DNA of 63,013 nt, filler included, from Octopus bimaculoides (GCF_001194135.2; 6 parts of 5 records of this genome joined end to end with filler, not necessarily neighbours in it), one strand, 5' to 3'. Counted from the whole stretch's first letter, positions 37,945-53,169 are shown. Notes: generated by a model from the sequence alone, not told the origin. A program made the numbers and translations.

Positions 37945-39883
37945 GGTCCATTTCATATACACATACAACATCTTACACTTTCTCCTCTCTTTTACTTTCT
38001 CCTCTCACTTCAAAGCAAATGTCGCCTTTTTATTTCATGCTCTCTTTCAATTTCTGCTCTCCTCAAAGCATACAGAAATTAAAACAATTTTACGGAAATT
38101 AACGAACAATCATATGATCCCATATGTGTCGAATTGATAACTTTGCTTCTTCAAATGAAAGAATACCATAAAATAACTTCCTTTGAGACACATACATACA
38201 CTCTTGGTAAAACCACTGTGCGAATTATGTTATTTCTTGCAGTGTGAACGTGCACATTAACAGTTCAAACTCAATTGAAATGATCTTTTCCTGTTGAACA
38301 ATTTGTGTTTGTGATGAGCGTATTTAAAAACATGATCTTCGATATAAACTTAAAAGGAAAGTTTTCCCAGAAATCCTGTCCTTTACTTCTTCTTTCTAGT
38401 ATGTCCGAGGTGACATTTCCGTCCCTCGCTCTTATTTTCTCTTTTTCCTAACTTTCTTCCGAGTCCTATATTTGCGCTACAGGAGATTAGTATTTCATCC
38501 ACAAAACACGTTCTCAACATTTTAATTATCTCTGTCTCTCCTCATTAAATTAATTTCTTACTTTTTTTCAAATTTTTATTCTTGGTAATCCATGGAGAAA
38601 AAAACAGAAATTACGAATGAATAGAAACCCATAGATTTAAAGAAAATTAACAAATTCTATAAATCTGCACGGCATTCTGTATGATAATTTCTCTCAAGAC
38701 ATTGTCATTGTGTATGGAGCATTTTGCTCTTAAAATACGCATTGTCTCTTTATTGTGTGTGTAACTATATTATCTGAATTGTTCATGGTCAAATTGACTC
38801 TAGCACAATCCAATTTTCTGCACTGGATATTTTAAAAAATTACTTTGCAATGAAAGCATTTAAATTATAGAAAAAAATCCTTCTTGGAATCTTTTTCTTT
38901 CTTAGATTGAGAAAACTGAGAAGAGTACTTTGATAAATAAACGAATAAAATGTAAGGAAATAAATATGGAAAATAAAATGAAATCATGAAATGTAAATTT
39001 GAAAATGTTCAAAATGAAATTTAATATAAATTTGAAATATTTACTGGTCTGATAATGCCACATTTTAAAAATTAAGTCTCAATATAATTCAAAATTTTCC
39101 CTATTACTTTGCGAAATATCTTCTACTTGAGCAGGAAAATGGCGATTTATGAAAAGGAAAAGATTTATTCATGTGCAATATCAATCCCGAAACGTTAAGC
39201 AAAAATATTTATTAAAAAATCTCCTTTGTTATTATGTGATGCATACATACACATACATACTAGTGAGGAATATGAATAAATATTAAATAATAATTTACAT
39301 GCGCGCGTACACTCACAAACGCACACACACACACACACACATATATATATACATGCATATATAAATGAGTATGCGTGTGTATGTATACATCACAAGCTCA
39401 GACATGACCGGTGCTTAAGAAGCACGCGTCCCACTCGTACTTCTGGATTCGCTGCCACTGCGGGAAAGTACTTTCTATCTTTGCTTATGACTGTCCAGTA
39501 GCTTCTCAATAGAAGTTGATGCAGAGATGTTAATATGCGCGTATGTGTGTATAGATACATTTGCACATAGATGCGTGCTCACACACACATGCACACGTAC
39601 ACGCACATACACACACGCACATATATTTATAAACGAAAGTCATCACTCGTTATTGATTATAGCTGGTGGTATGTAACAGGTTTGGAGTACAAGAATGGGA
39701 AGTTTCCGGAAACTATATACATGCACAACCTTTCGTTCGTATCAATAATTCAGTTGCCATTTTTATTAAAACGATAGTAAATATGTGAAAAGTAAATAAT
39801 AGACAAGATCTATCTATGATGATTATACGCATCATAATGGAAGTTGCTCTAAAATGTTAAATGAACTGAAATTAATAACTTAC

Positions 39884-40060
39884 TGTTATGGCGGTTTTCG
39901 TCATACAAAAAACAGTTGTCTGAATTCCATGAATTGTTACAGGAAGCCCAGGGGACTTCACTCTTCATTGACGCAAAAAAGTAGTATAGTGAGTGACTGA
40001 TGATGACGTTATAATAAAGCATTATGAACCAACTGATGATGACCATAGCAAAGCCGACAC
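39884..40060 (-). CDS. Internal exon of an SLC6 (sodium:neurotransmitter symporter) transporter, TM3 to extracellular loop 2
   Basis: Minus strand tttctatttgcAG|GT GTC GGC TTT GCT ATG gives (G)VGFAMVIISWFIMLYYNVIISHSLYYFFASMKSEVPWASCNNSWNSDNCFLYDENRHN, then |gtaagt donor. 177 nt, phase 1-1. YYNxII and PWxxCxNxWNxxxC are hallmark SLC6 motifs. Substrate subfamily not resolvable. Confidence 0.93.
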
Positions 40061-40543
40061 CTGCAAATAGAAACGAAAATAGATTTAACTTTTACTATCT
40101 TTTCAGATATATGCAAAAATAGAAAGACGAAAGTGTATGGGACAGATAAATCGAAAGGGAAAAGAAGGTCACAAGGGAAAATAACAGCTATTTGTGATTT
40201 TCAATGTGTCAATGAATGAGAGGCATAGGTCTTGCTAATCGAAGCAAGATATCGGTTGATAGACATGATTCTGTGAGTAGAAAGTTACGGTTGCAAACTA
40301 GGATAACTCCACCAACGGAAGTACTTTCAGTAATAGTATTACTAACAATGGTTCAGGTTTAAAAGGCAATTCGTACGGCATTTTAAATATAGTTCTCCAT
40401 ACAGTAGTGAATGCCTTGCGACATAGTTGTAATTTGCTTGATTCCATGTAAATATTCTTTCCATTAAGTTTTATTGATCTTTGTTTCTGTTTGTTACTAG
40501 AAATTGCCGATCCATTTCCTGATGAGGATGGCTACAGTGAGGA

Positions 40544-40594
<51 letters not shown>

Positions 40595-41138
40595 TGAGTG
40601 AGAGAGCAGTGCATGCCATCAAAGTGACACTGGGGTATTTTATTATTATTATTATTATTGAGTGAGAGAGCCGTGCATGCCATCAAAGTGACAGTGGGGT
40701 AAAACGTACGAAGACCAGTATACCCATCATGACTACACGTCTTATGAGAGTACACTAGGCACACGCATCACAAATATATATGCGCGACATGGTGTTCTCA
40801 TATCAAGATAAACAGCACTTGACCTTGCAGGTGGGGCCTAGTTAGAATTTTCTTCAGATTGAGTAGCCCATCTCGCTCAAAAGGTCCCTGAATAAGGGTT
40901 GTTTAAGGATGAACTAAACACCCATGATCCAAGAGGTGAATTATCCGAACCCTAAAGAATTCCTTTCAACACGTAGCTATGATGCTTCCCCACTAATTCT
41001 GCTCATGATCAGAGACGCACATATCGCCAGCCACTAAAGGACACGCTCAACTGGTAAAGTTCAAAGAACTGACAAGCAAATCTGCAGAATATTTGCTGTG
41101 ACGGATTTTTTTGGCCAAGACAAAACAATGTTATCTTT

Positions 41139-41148
41139 ATTATTATCA

Positions 41149-41212
<64 letters not shown>

Positions 41213-41227
41213 CATCATTATTATTAT
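41139..41227. repeat. (TAT)n microsatellite; similar array at 40548-40593
   Basis: Direct inspection. Confidence 0.95.
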
Positions 41228-41972
41228 TCAGTAGTGTTTTATTACGTGCTTTCACTGCACTACCGAGCGCAGATTTGTGTGCCTTGGGTATGTACTGTGA
41301 TTTGCTGTGGTGCTCTTATTTTCACTGTATTGAAAATGTTTTTTGTAGGTTGTGTGCAATGCCTAGTAGTACTATTGTCTATGTTATATATACTTTGAAG
41401 TCGTGATGTTTGTGTTACGCATTTGAATGTATTTTTTATATCATACCTAATGCGCCTACTATAATGGAAATTGTTTCTGTTAGGCTCTACATTCGAGTTA
41501 TTATCATTATTATTATATGAAAAATGCTTTTTAGGAATCGATTACATCCCTACCAATGCTGAACCGGTTAACAGTACATTAGCTTTTTTGAAGTCAGTCA
41601 GGATTTTTCAGGAACTATCAAGGAGAATATATATCACGTCGTTACTTCCAGCTACTGTGAGCTAGTGTGAGCCATATGCGTCCGTTCAAGAAGTGATCGG
41701 TTTCCTTTATAATAAAACCCTTCAATTTAGACGTTTTATGTGTCTTTCTTCATTTTTGTTCTGCAAAAATCCCCCACCCAATTCATCCTCTTTTGTTTGC
41801 ATCTCTTCAAAAGGCGGTGGGAAAAGAATAGAAGGACGAGCTACCAGTAACCAACATATTAGCATATGGCAATGTAAAGGACGCAATATTTTTAGCTTTC
41901 CCCTAATCTCCGAGATTGATAGTTCTCTGGAATTATCATTTTCAGGAAGCTAATGTTGTTACTGATCCAACG

Positions 41973-42154
41973 CACTAGCGTAGGTACGGTGTGTGTGTGT
42001 GTGTGTATGTGTGGTTGGGGAGTGGTCCGCTTCATGTTGCATTGTCGAAGGGACGGCACTTTTGGGTCTGCTATAGGCAATATGAGTTTTGTGGAGGCCT
42101 GGGGCGGCGAACGTAAGGTCGGCTCCGGCGGCACACAATCTAACTACGCTGGTG
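41973..42154. mobile_element. Small MITE with TIRs of about 15 bp
   Basis: CACTAGCGTAGGTAC vs reverse complement of right end CACCAGCGTAGTTAG; no clear TSD. Confidence 0.4.
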
Positions 42155-42199
42155 ATCTTCTAATTTTCCAGCTCTCATGTGGTTTTGATCTTACATGCT

Positions 42200-42700
42200 G
42201 AGCAACTGAGTCTTATTTCCTGAGACATTATTTTTATTGCAATTTGCTCGGCTTACACAATAGCTTCCTTGCTCTGGAATCGGATATTTGTCATTAGAAA
42301 ACCATGAGTAGTTGTATGTGAATGCACAACTTCATTCAACCAGATGCCACTGAAAATCACTTCTATACCCATCCTCTGCTGTTATTCTGCCACAAAGTCA
42401 ATGATATTCTGAAAACCACCATCAGTACCAACATTCTTGGCTATGACACTTCAGTTGCTTCAACAAACGTACTGCATGGTTAGGTTCGTGAGAAGTGTGG
42501 TGAATGAACTCTACATGCCGTTTAGTTTTAAACACCAGGGAAATGCAACCAGTATTTCTTCAACTGTTCTGTCAGAAACATGGAAGCCCTTCCACTTCCG
42601 ATTAAAAAGTGATGTTACAGCCTTATCCATTTCTCAGTGTGTCAAAGAGAGAGTGTCACTTGTAACGTATCTTTCCTACATTCTTTCCTTTCTCGGGAGC
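42200..42700 (-). mobile_element. Degenerate LINE (RTE-like) AP-endonuclease remnant
   Basis: AVTSLFNRKWKGFHVSDRTVEEILVA...LKLNG..SFTTL...DGGFQNIID...NE....TTHGFLMTNIRFQSK parallels the APE GDFN...N.NG...TNT.F motifs. Confidence 0.45.
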
Positions 42701-43159
42701 TAGCCGAATTCAAACACCTTTAACTAATTAAAAATCGTTATAAAATTACTCTTGCTACACTTCCTAGTAACATTATTTGAAATATCCATATTTGTTTTTA
42801 CTCGTTACAATCAAAATATTTGTTCTATATTTTCGGAAAACAGTAATAATAACAGTATTTATTTCCTTTGTAGTTGTGAATATTAAACATTATGTTTTCA
42901 AAATATTTTGACGGCACCATCGACATTGTAGAGATTCTTGGTAGCTCATACTACTTATGGGAAACATTTTTTTTTTAGATAACGAAAATACTTGAGGCAG
43001 ACATTGCACTATTCCATCTCATGATAAAAAAAAAGGAACCTTCCGAGAGTTGCATTGTTTACAAAACGAAAGAAAATGCAAATATATTGTTTTTCTTCAT
43101 AAAACAAGAGATGGGAAATCAATTTTTTTATCCGGAACTGTATCGAATATGACCATATA

Positions 43160-43181
43160 AACAGCAATAACATAATAATAA

Positions 43182-43217
<36 letters not shown>

Positions 43218-43427
43218 TAATAATAATAATAATAATAATAATAATATTAATAATAATAATAATGATGATGATGATGATGATGATGACGATGACAATAATG
43301 ATGATGATGACGACGACAACGATGATGATGATAGTGATGATGATGATCCAGTACCAAGCAGTGGCTTTGATAGCTTCTGATCTTAACTGATTGGAAGTGT
43401 TATCACGTATATGTGATAATAATAATG

Positions 43428-43476
<49 letters not shown>

Positions 43477-43483
43477 TGATGAT
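43160..43483. repeat. (AAT)n/(GAT)n microsatellite arrays
   Basis: Direct inspection; a short interspersed-repeat fragment lies between them at about 43345-43410. Confidence 0.9.
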
Positions 43484-43680
43484 AGAAACCATCAGGCAAA
43501 AGATATGTGCTAAAGCTTCCCGCATAGCAAGGAATAATGTGGATTATGAGGAAAGTGTCTGTCATTGCAGTAGTCGTAGGGGCACTCGGAGAGCCAACAA
43601 CCAAGTTCGAGAAAGCTGCTATGCTGCGGACGGCTAAGATTTTGCGATTGGTACTTGGGTGTAGAATGTCTCGCACGATA
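43483..43680 (+). mobile_element. R4/Dong-like RLE retrotransposon 3' end with internal deletion
   Basis: MWIMRKVSVIAVVVGALGEPTTKFEKAAMLRTAKILRLVLG; preceded by a (TAA)n array. Confidence 0.7.
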
Positions 43681-45084
43681 ATTAATAACGAAATATCAAA
43701 GCTTATAATGTGCGCAAAGAGAACCTGTGAAGCCTCTCTCGCTCTCACAGAATCTACAAGAACAGATAGTCTGCGAGAAATGTTGTCTATGTAATCTCAA
43801 AAACGTTTTAAATATACATAAGAGCTAACACTTTTTACTGTCATCTTAACATCAGACTACCATCCTAACAAATTACTTTTAAAACAAACTTTTAATATAC
43901 TTATCTGTTGACAGACTTTCTCTGGAACAATACTTTGTGCAAAACCAAATATATGATACCCTAGGCACAACACCAACTTGGACGTCTAACGTGTTGTCTC
44001 TTGAGATCTCTGGGTGAGACTTGGAGTCAACTTGTACAAATACAAAGCAAACATCAAACAGAAAATAATAATAATAAAGATATTTTTTCTTATTTGTGCG
44101 CCCTTTTAAAGCCGAGCCCGGCTCATGGGCCCGGTTTCCATGGAGTATGTGTACTCCTAAGCTGGATGGGACGCCAGTCTATCGCAGCGTTACTCAAGAA
44201 ACAGGGAGTGAAAGTTGGGGCGAAAGAGTACAACAGGGGTCGCCACCACCGCCTGCTGGAGCCTCGTGGAGCTTAGGTGTTTTCGCTCAATAAACACATA
44301 CAACGCCCGGTCGGGGAATCGAAACCGCGAACCTCCNNNNNNNNNNNNNNNNNNNNNNNNNNNNNNNNNNNNNNNNNNNNNNNNNNNNNNNNNNNNNNNN
44401 NNNNNNNNNNNNNNNNNNNNNNNNNNNNNNNNNNNNNNNNNNNNNNNNNNNNNNNNNNNNNNNNNNNNNNNNNNNNNNNNNNNNNNNNNNNNNNNNNNNN
44501 NNNNNNNNNNNNNNNNNNNNNNNNNNNNNNNNNNNNNNNNNNNNNNNNNNNNNNNNNNNNNNNNNNNNNNNNNNNNNNNNNNNNNNNNNNNNNNNNNNNN
44601 NNNNNNNNNNNNNNNNNNNNNNNNNNNNNNNNNNNNNNNNNNNNNNNNNNNNNNNNNNNNNNNNNNNNNNNNNNNNNNNNNNNNNNNNNNNNNNNNNNNN
44701 NNNNNNNNNNNNNNNNNNNNNNNNNNNNNNNNNNNNNNNNNNNNNNNNNNNNNNNNNNNNNNNNNNNNNNNNNNNNNNNNNNNNNNNNNNNNNNNNNNNN
44801 NNNNNNNNNNNNNNNNNNNNNNNNNNNNNNNNNNNNNNNNNNNNNNNNNNNNNNNNNNNNNNNNNNNNNNNNNNNNNNNNNNNNNNNNNNNNNNNNNNNN
44901 NNNNNNNNNNNNNNNNNNNNNNNNNNNNNNNNNNNNNNNNNNNNNNNNNNNNNNNNNNNNNNNNNNNNNNNNNNNNNNNNNNNNNNNNNNNNNNNNNNNN
45001 NNNNNNNNNNNNNNNNNNNNNNNNNNNNNNNNNNNNNNNNNNNNNNNNNNNNNNNNNNNNNNNNNNNNNNATATATCATAGAAT

Positions 45085-46405
45085 GAAAAAGACAGATTAG
45101 GTTTGTCCGTGGAAAGAAAAGCCTACGGAAAAGACCACGGTAACCTCAGACACGTAGGGAAAAACACATGACAGCAAAGTGCTCTCTGTCTCTTTTTTCG
45201 ATTTACATGATCATGCTCAAAGTGGTTTCGTCATTCGCGCGTACCTTTTTTGCAGCATTCACCTATCTTTTCTTGAAACTTTTACGCGACAAAACCTGCC
45301 TCTCTATTCTCACCTTCCTTTTCAAGTGGTACTTGAAAAAGTTGATGAGCGATTGGCCAGAGATTAAAGTGTTTGTCTCTAAACCTTTCGCTCGAGTCCA
45401 CCACACACATTCTTTCACAATGGCAACCGGTACCATGATCCCTGCCTTGCCTTCCCGGTTAAGGGAAGGTGGCGGAGAAATTTTCACGAAAGACTCGGTT
45501 GACAAGCGAACTAGTCTCACAAGTGACAGCAGCCGTTCGACATATGCCCACAGGTCCGGAATGGTTGGACACTGCACGAGTGCGTGCACAACGGTTTCGT
45601 CGGTCTGACCGCATCTCGGGCAAATCGGACCGGTGTGTCTCGAACCGTGCCTGTAGAGCTTATCCCAAACGGACAATACTTCCTGATAACACTGCCACGC
45701 CAGGGATCTTTGGTGGTTGTCCATAGGTCCCGGCCCGAAAGTTGTCCTCAACAGGCGGGTCAGGTTTTCCTCGTCGACGCCGAGATTCTGCCCGAGAAGG
45801 TCGTCGCACTTCCTCTCCACTATACGCCTTTGCGGAATTGAAGTCGCACAAGTTTGGTCTCTGACGGCAGAGCTGCTTGATAGCAAGGCGGCACTCGCGG
45901 TGCCATTCGCCTAGCCTCGGTCTCTAATCTACGACTGCAGTTCGGCCAAAGAGACGAGCTGCGGCAAAGCGCGCAGCACAAACGGCGACCACACCTGTTC
46001 ACTATCCTCTATGAAGCGCCGGAAATGTCGCTGTCTCAGCGCATGTCTGCGCATCATCAACCATGGCATGCCCAGCCCTCCATTTAGTTGGTGTTGAAAG
46101 CAAACGGATTGCCTAACCGTGGGAACGCTTCTCTTCCACAAGAAGCGGAAGAATGTGCGTTCTAGTTTGGTGATGGTAGGGTCGGGACAAGGCACGACAG
46201 TCAGACGGTAATCGATGACAGATGCGATGTATCCGTTTGCCACCTCCGCCCGACCTTTTAGGGATGCTTTCCTCTCGGCCTATTTCTGGCTGAGAGTGGC
46301 CACCTAGTCGTTATTTCGCCCAGTTCTTCTCCATTTAGGGGTCCGGACCGAACCAGACTCCGAGCAATTTAACCGGTCCATCGGTCCAGCGTCCCACGAT
46401 AAGAC
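45085..46405 (-). mobile_element. 5'-truncated Tx1/L1-clade LINE
   Basis: WTDGPVKLLGVWFG (end of RT); FFRFLWKRSVPTVRQ...GGLGMP (thumb); CPRCGQTDETVVHALVQC (CCHC knuckle); ORFs 45929-46243 and 45263-45886. Confidence 0.92.
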
Positions 46406-49400
46406 TGATAACTACCTAGCTAGATAGATAGATAGGGAAAGAAGGTGAGCGATGTTTTAGTGATGTTGGTCGTAGTGTAAATGTTTATTTAATAATTTAC
46501 TTTGTGTTTCTCACGTTTACAGGCGCTGGATCTATGCCTTCTATATTATTATTTTATGTATAGCTGCGTTAACTTTACATATATTTCGTTTCTTTTGTTC
46601 ATCTACGCATTGACTTCTTATAATTCCGTCTGTTACAATTCTACTGTTTTTCATTCATTTAGCAGAAGTATTTTAAATATATTCCTATACGCCTTGAAGA
46701 TGATGAGGACCTATTTGCAAGGGTTTTATATTTGTAGATACTAATTGCAACGATATGTGGCTATTTTGTGATGGTAGGATAATAAAGAAAGTAAGGCTGA
46801 GGTTGGTGTTAATGTTCTTATTTAGAGTAACACGTTTCTGCTATGTTTATAGAGCTGTAATGTTTTTATGGTGAAGTGTAGAAACTTAACAAACAAATCA
46901 AATAAAATGTATTACGAGCTTATAAAATATTTCTCAAGGAATGATAGTGAAATTAAAGAAATAACTAAATAAATGTTAGACAAACAATGTAGATGTTTTA
47001 TATCAGATGTAAGTGACGGATATTGAATGTATTCTGGCATTTCCTGAATGATTAAACTAGAAACAGAAAAAAAAAAATTATTTCCGGAACGACAGTATAC
47101 GGAAGGGTAGACATTCACAATGGACTTTGTAAAACAAAGGTATTTTCGGAGTTGTTATTGTTCTATTATTTCACTTTAAAAGAAGTTCACACTTGTTATA
47201 ATGTACAACAGACTATAATTATTCAAAGAATAGAAGTAGTTTATCATGATTAGGGATACAAACCTATACCATTAAAGATGACAGTTGTTTTCTGATACAG
47301 TTCCTTTGTACATTAAAAGCGCAAATTCACTTTTATTTCCCTTTTTTTTTATATCAGTTTACAGCGATGTGTATTATTAAAGCGACAAAGACTTTCGTCA
47401 TACCAATTTCGATACTGTTATTGATTTTCACGGTATCTATTTCTGAGAAGTATACATTAAAAGAATAAAGAAAATATTCATGCTGCAAAAGAAATCAAAT
47501 CTCGTTAAAGTTTATTTGGTCATAATAAGGATATATTGTTTGTAGGAGAATTTATCTGAACTAGTGTTATGTGAGTAGTAGGAAGGGGAACTTGTACTAC
47601 AATTTCGTAAATTATTCCGGGGAAGTAAACCTCTCGGGTAAAATAATAAACACGTACGAAATATATAGGATGGATTAAATACTCCAAGTTGTCAGAACAC
47701 CAAATTGGTATACTAAAAATTTCATAATAAAATAAGAGATCTACTAAAATTCTGCTACGAAATCTATGTATATAATAAAAGAATTGTTTTAATAATAAGA
47801 AAATGTGTTTATAGGCCGCTATCTATTTTAATTGTTCGGGTAAAAAGTTATATCTCGGGGCTCTAACGGCTTACACACAATTATAAATCTCATAAGAAAA
47901 TGGCAATTCTCACCCATCCAGTAGGAATCAAATGATACTCCTGCTTTCTGATATTGATTTCAGTTTTCGGCACAAGGCCAGCAGATTTGGATGAGGACTA
48001 CGTCAATTACATGGGCTCTAGAATATTACTGGTACGTATTTTATCAACCTCTAAAGGATTAAAGACAAAGTCGATCTCGGCAGCATTTGATCTCAGAATG
48101 TAAAGACGGACAAATACAGGTAAGAATTTACCCAGCATGCTAACCATTCTGCCAGCTCACCGTCCTATACTGTTTTTTTTTTTCATATTGAATAGCATAG
48201 CAATGGCGGCGAGCTGGCAGAAACATTAGCACATCGGGCAAAGTGCTTACAGGCATTTCGTCTGGCTTTATCTTTTGTGTTCAAATACCGTCCAGGTCAA
48301 CTTTACATTTCATCATTTCGGAATCGATAAAATAAGTTCCATCTTAGAACAGGACAGGAGTCTGTGTAATCTAGATACCCACTTCCTTGAAATTAGTGGC
48401 CTTCAGCTAAGATTTGAAACCAATATCAAATAACATAGTAATTATTGACATGACAAAAGTGTCTTCCTGATGGTTTCAGTAATTATTAATTACTAAAATA
48501 TAGCAAATATTATTTTTGTCAATGTTAGTAAGGGAGCAAATTTTTCAACGTCCAATTTATGATGAAACATTATTATTTGTATTCTAAAGCTTGTTTTATT
48601 TTTATATATATTGATAATTGCTTCTTGTAACGTCTCTAAAGACCGTTTGAAAATTTGGTATTCATTATATGAGTTAGATTAAAACTGAACACCATATCAA
48701 CATTCAAATTATAGGGAAACATTGCTGGTAATAGGCAGTTTTGTTTCACAACGACAGAAAATAATTAGATTAATTGTGAACTGAAATAATGCTTTCCTGG
48801 AGGTACGTGATGCAATCACAATATAAATTCTCAAGAATTTCGACCCTCGAAGATGTGAAATACACTCAATAGCTAAACAACACGTATCTGCAGACATGGG
48901 ACAGAACGTGATTGCAAAGGGCATGACATTGATGAGGTCACGATGTAAAATATTTGACAATCAAAGAATTGATTAATTGATTAACCGAATAGTTACTCAA
49001 AAAATCGATTGCTTAATTGGTCAAATAGTTAACCAATTGACATATGCAAAAATAAAGAAGTGAGACAGAACTCGTGTGTGTTGTTTATTATTGGCTTAAT
49101 GATCCTACTGAGATACAAGAATATATACTTCATGACGCGAGTTCACATCAAGAACTTCGCAAACCAAATACAGAGATGAATATCCATTTTTACAATCATT
49201 GTTTTATAAATCTGTTAGCGCACAATGTTTTAATATAACCCTGTATCGACTCACACGGCCGGACAAGGATTCATACATATACTTAAGCATACACGTCACA
49301 TAAAACTACATACGTATATTAATATATATATGTGGTCCGTGGGAAGAGCCATTCTAACGATGCGTCCTGACCTAACTCTTCGAAACGCTTAGATTTAGAA

Positions 49401-51321
49401 TGGTGGGAGCTGATGAAGGACATGTTCTGTATGTGGCGTGTGTGTTTTCTGTACTCTGTTTATCATTTTTTCCAGGTTTTTTGCAACGTCTTGTACCCAG
49501 ATATGCATCTATATGTACATGTAGATGTAGGTATGTACATACATGTACTTATATATGCGTATACTCATTTATTATATATATATATATNNNNNNNNNNNNN
49601 NNNNNNNNNNNNNNNNNNNNNNNNNNNNNNNNNNNNNNNNNNNNNNNNNNNNNNNNNNNNNNNNNNNNNNNNNNNNNNNNNNNTGTGTGTGTGTGTGTGT
49701 GTGTATGTGTGTGTGTACGCATGGTTTTGTGATTAAGTGCCTAAGCGGTTATCTAGATAAGGTAGGACTTTTAGAAAAAGAATCCACCAACGAACTCGCA
49801 CATTGTAAATACAATCCCGGAGTGGAAAAGCAAAACTTACAAGACTTTTCTCAAATTCAAAAATGTGATATTGTTTTTGTTATCTAAATTCCAACAATGG
49901 CGCCTTGTATCCTTGTTAGAAACAAATACATTCATCGAAAGAAGACGAGTTAAATAATTAATGATTAGAAGAGAATACACACACACACATACGCACACAC
50001 ACACTCACACTCATACACACTTACACACACTCATACATAGACATGTGTGCGCACACATATTTATATGATTGAATTAGCGTGTAAGTGGTAGAGATTTCCA
50101 CAGACACACGAACTCTCGACATTATTAGCGTGATATAGTTTGTGACGAAACTATATATATATTGAACTGCAAGTACAGCCCATCTGACCAGCTTCTGTAT
50201 AATTTACATCAACATATTTTTACTGGAAATGTATGGGAAAAGCCGAAGATATGGAGAATGATATTTGTCCAAAATAACAATCAGTGAGATCGTACCTAGA
50301 ATAATTTTTTTTCCGAAGAAAATTTCTCAACCATTTGGCCATAAAATGCCTACTATAAAATAAAATAAAAAAAGTAAATGTTTTTCTGAAGGTCATTAGT
50401 TAATTTAATGAAGCGAATTGGTTTGAATTGAGTAGAGATGTCATGCAGCCAAACAATTTTCCCTGGGAGCTGATCCGTTACAATAAGGCGCTCATTAATC
50501 TAATTGTAGTTCAGTCTCATCTAACCCCAACATACAACATATATAACTTCCTGGAACTAAAATTCAACTAATGATTTTTTTTTGTGTTTTGAAAACTTTA
50601 TTTCCTATAGTGTCTGAGTGGTTAAAAGACCATTCTGAGAATTGATAAAATACTGTAGCTGTGGAACTCGAAATTTATTGTCAGTGATTACTAAGCAAAA
50701 TATATATATTCTTACGTTTGGAAATTGTGCATTGAGAATACGTTATCAGGATACGAAATAGGCGGATCAGCTCTCTTCTGCTTTGCGATGTAAGCAAGAG
50801 AGCTAAACAAAACTCGAAAGCATTTACGGAAGCAAAATGTCATGTAAAGCAAAATTATGGCCGCAATGCTTCTCCGTCTTTTGGCATTGAGGATTCACAT
50901 TCTTGATCAGCTGATTTCCCTATTACTAAATAAAATATATATTCCAAACATAAGTACATTAGACTAATTCTCAGGTATAATCAGCGTGAGTGTAGATATG
51001 ACAACGCTGTAACATTTAAATTACAGGAACAATCTACAAGACTGACTTATTTACATTTTTCGTCCATCCACCATCATTTAAAATACTTGGATCAACAGGA
51101 GAACATAGTGAATGATGGGATCATGGGGATTAATAGTGAGCTTCTCAAACATTTGGCCGTACTACATTTACATTATTTTAATGTAAACAGAAGCTGAAAT
51201 ATATAACTAGAACCATTACTCTGCTGCCGGGGGAGTTTTCTACCTGTAGCCAGCAACTGTGTTTATATATATCTATCAATCAGTCAACAAATCTACCTAT
51301 CTGTCTATCTCTCTATACAAC

Positions 51322-51372
<51 letters not shown>

Positions 51373-53127
51373 ATATATATATATATATATATAAACAAAC
51401 AGTAAATGAGTATATGCATATATACGTACAGGTATGTGCGTACAGACATCCACCTGTATGTATAGGTGCATATCTGGGTACAGGACATTGCAAACAAAAC
51501 GTAGGCAAGAAAACACACAACCCACATAGAGAACATTCTACTTCATCAGCTACCCCCGTTTTAACACCGGCGTTTAGTGATGGTATGTTGTCAAACTAAT
51601 GTGACAATCCTATGAAAGGGAAGAATGCTACCGCTATTTAGCCCTAGGAAACACCGTTTCCTGTTGGCCTTGACACACACATATATATATCCCTCTATTT
51701 ATTTATCTATTAACTTAGATTTCAATCTATCTATCTTTCTATGTATTTATCTATTTACTTACCTTTCAATCTATCTATCCAACTATCTGTCTATCTCGTT
51801 GTGGTAAGAGGTTTTCATCCAAACTACATTGCTCTGAGTTAAGTTCCACTCCTTGGGCAAATGTCTTCGAATATAGCCCTAGGCCTACCAAAGCCTTGTG
51901 AATGGGTTTCGTAGACGGAAAATGAAATAAGCCTGTCGAATGTATGTGTGTGTGTGTGTGTGTGTGTGTCTGTACGGAGATGCATGATTCAGTGGTGAGA
52001 GCATCGAGCTGACAATCATTATGGGGACGTAAACACACTAGCATCGGTTGTCAAGCGAAGTTGGCGGGACAAACACAGACACACAAACATACACACACAC
52101 ACATATATATATATAATTGATAAATCTCAGNNNNNNNNNNNNNNNNNNNNNNNNNNNNNNNNNNNNNNNNNNNNTTAATTAATTAANNNNNNNNNNNNNN
52201 NNNNNNNNNNNNNNNNNNNNNNNNNNNNNNGCCGAGGTAGACTTTGCCTTTCATTTTTTCGGGGTCGATAAACTAAGTACCAGTTACGCACTGGGGTCGA
52301 TGTTGTCGACTTAATCTCATTGTCTGTCTTTGTTTGTCCCTTCTGTGTGTAACCCCTTGTGGGCAATAAAGAAATAAGAAACATACATGCATGCAAAGGG
52401 CGGCGAGCTGGCAGAAACGTTAGCACGCCGGGCGAAATGCTTAGCGGTATTTCGTCTGCCGTTACATTCTGAGTTCAAATTCCGCCGAGGTCGACTTTAC
52501 TTTTCATCCTGGACGCAAAGTTCGTCGCAGGGTTTCTCATTTTTGCCAGCTGAGTGGACTGGAGAAACGTAAAATTAGGTCTTTTGCTCAAGAACACAAA
52601 GCATTGCCATTCCCAGAATCGAAACCACAATCTTAGGCTCATGGGTCCAACTCCTTAACTACTAAGCCTCGCGCCTTCACATATATATAACTACGTAGTC
52701 TTTAGGTTTTTCACCTTTATTTTTTTTTACATGCATATACATATTTATAAAGTTTCCTTCCTTAACAGGCAAATCCTTTTCCCATCTACATATTTGGAAA
52801 TAACCGTTATATTGTTAACGCATATGATTCTGTTACTTACTCGTTATTCACTGAAAGTTTGTCTTCATATCTAAATAACTCCATTGTATGATAAACATTA
52901 TGCTGTGTCATATATTTCATCACTTCAAAATCGCCTAATAATCGGAAGCGAAGATTCGCACAATACATACATTACGTAACTTTACATTAGGTATCAAGTA
53001 TACTTTGTAAATTTTCACCTTCACTTCAGCAACAACACACACATATATGTGTTTGTAAATGCATTCGCGTATTTATACATTCATACATACATACATATAT
53101 ACATACAAATATATATACTTATGTACG

Positions 53128-53169
<42 letters not shown>

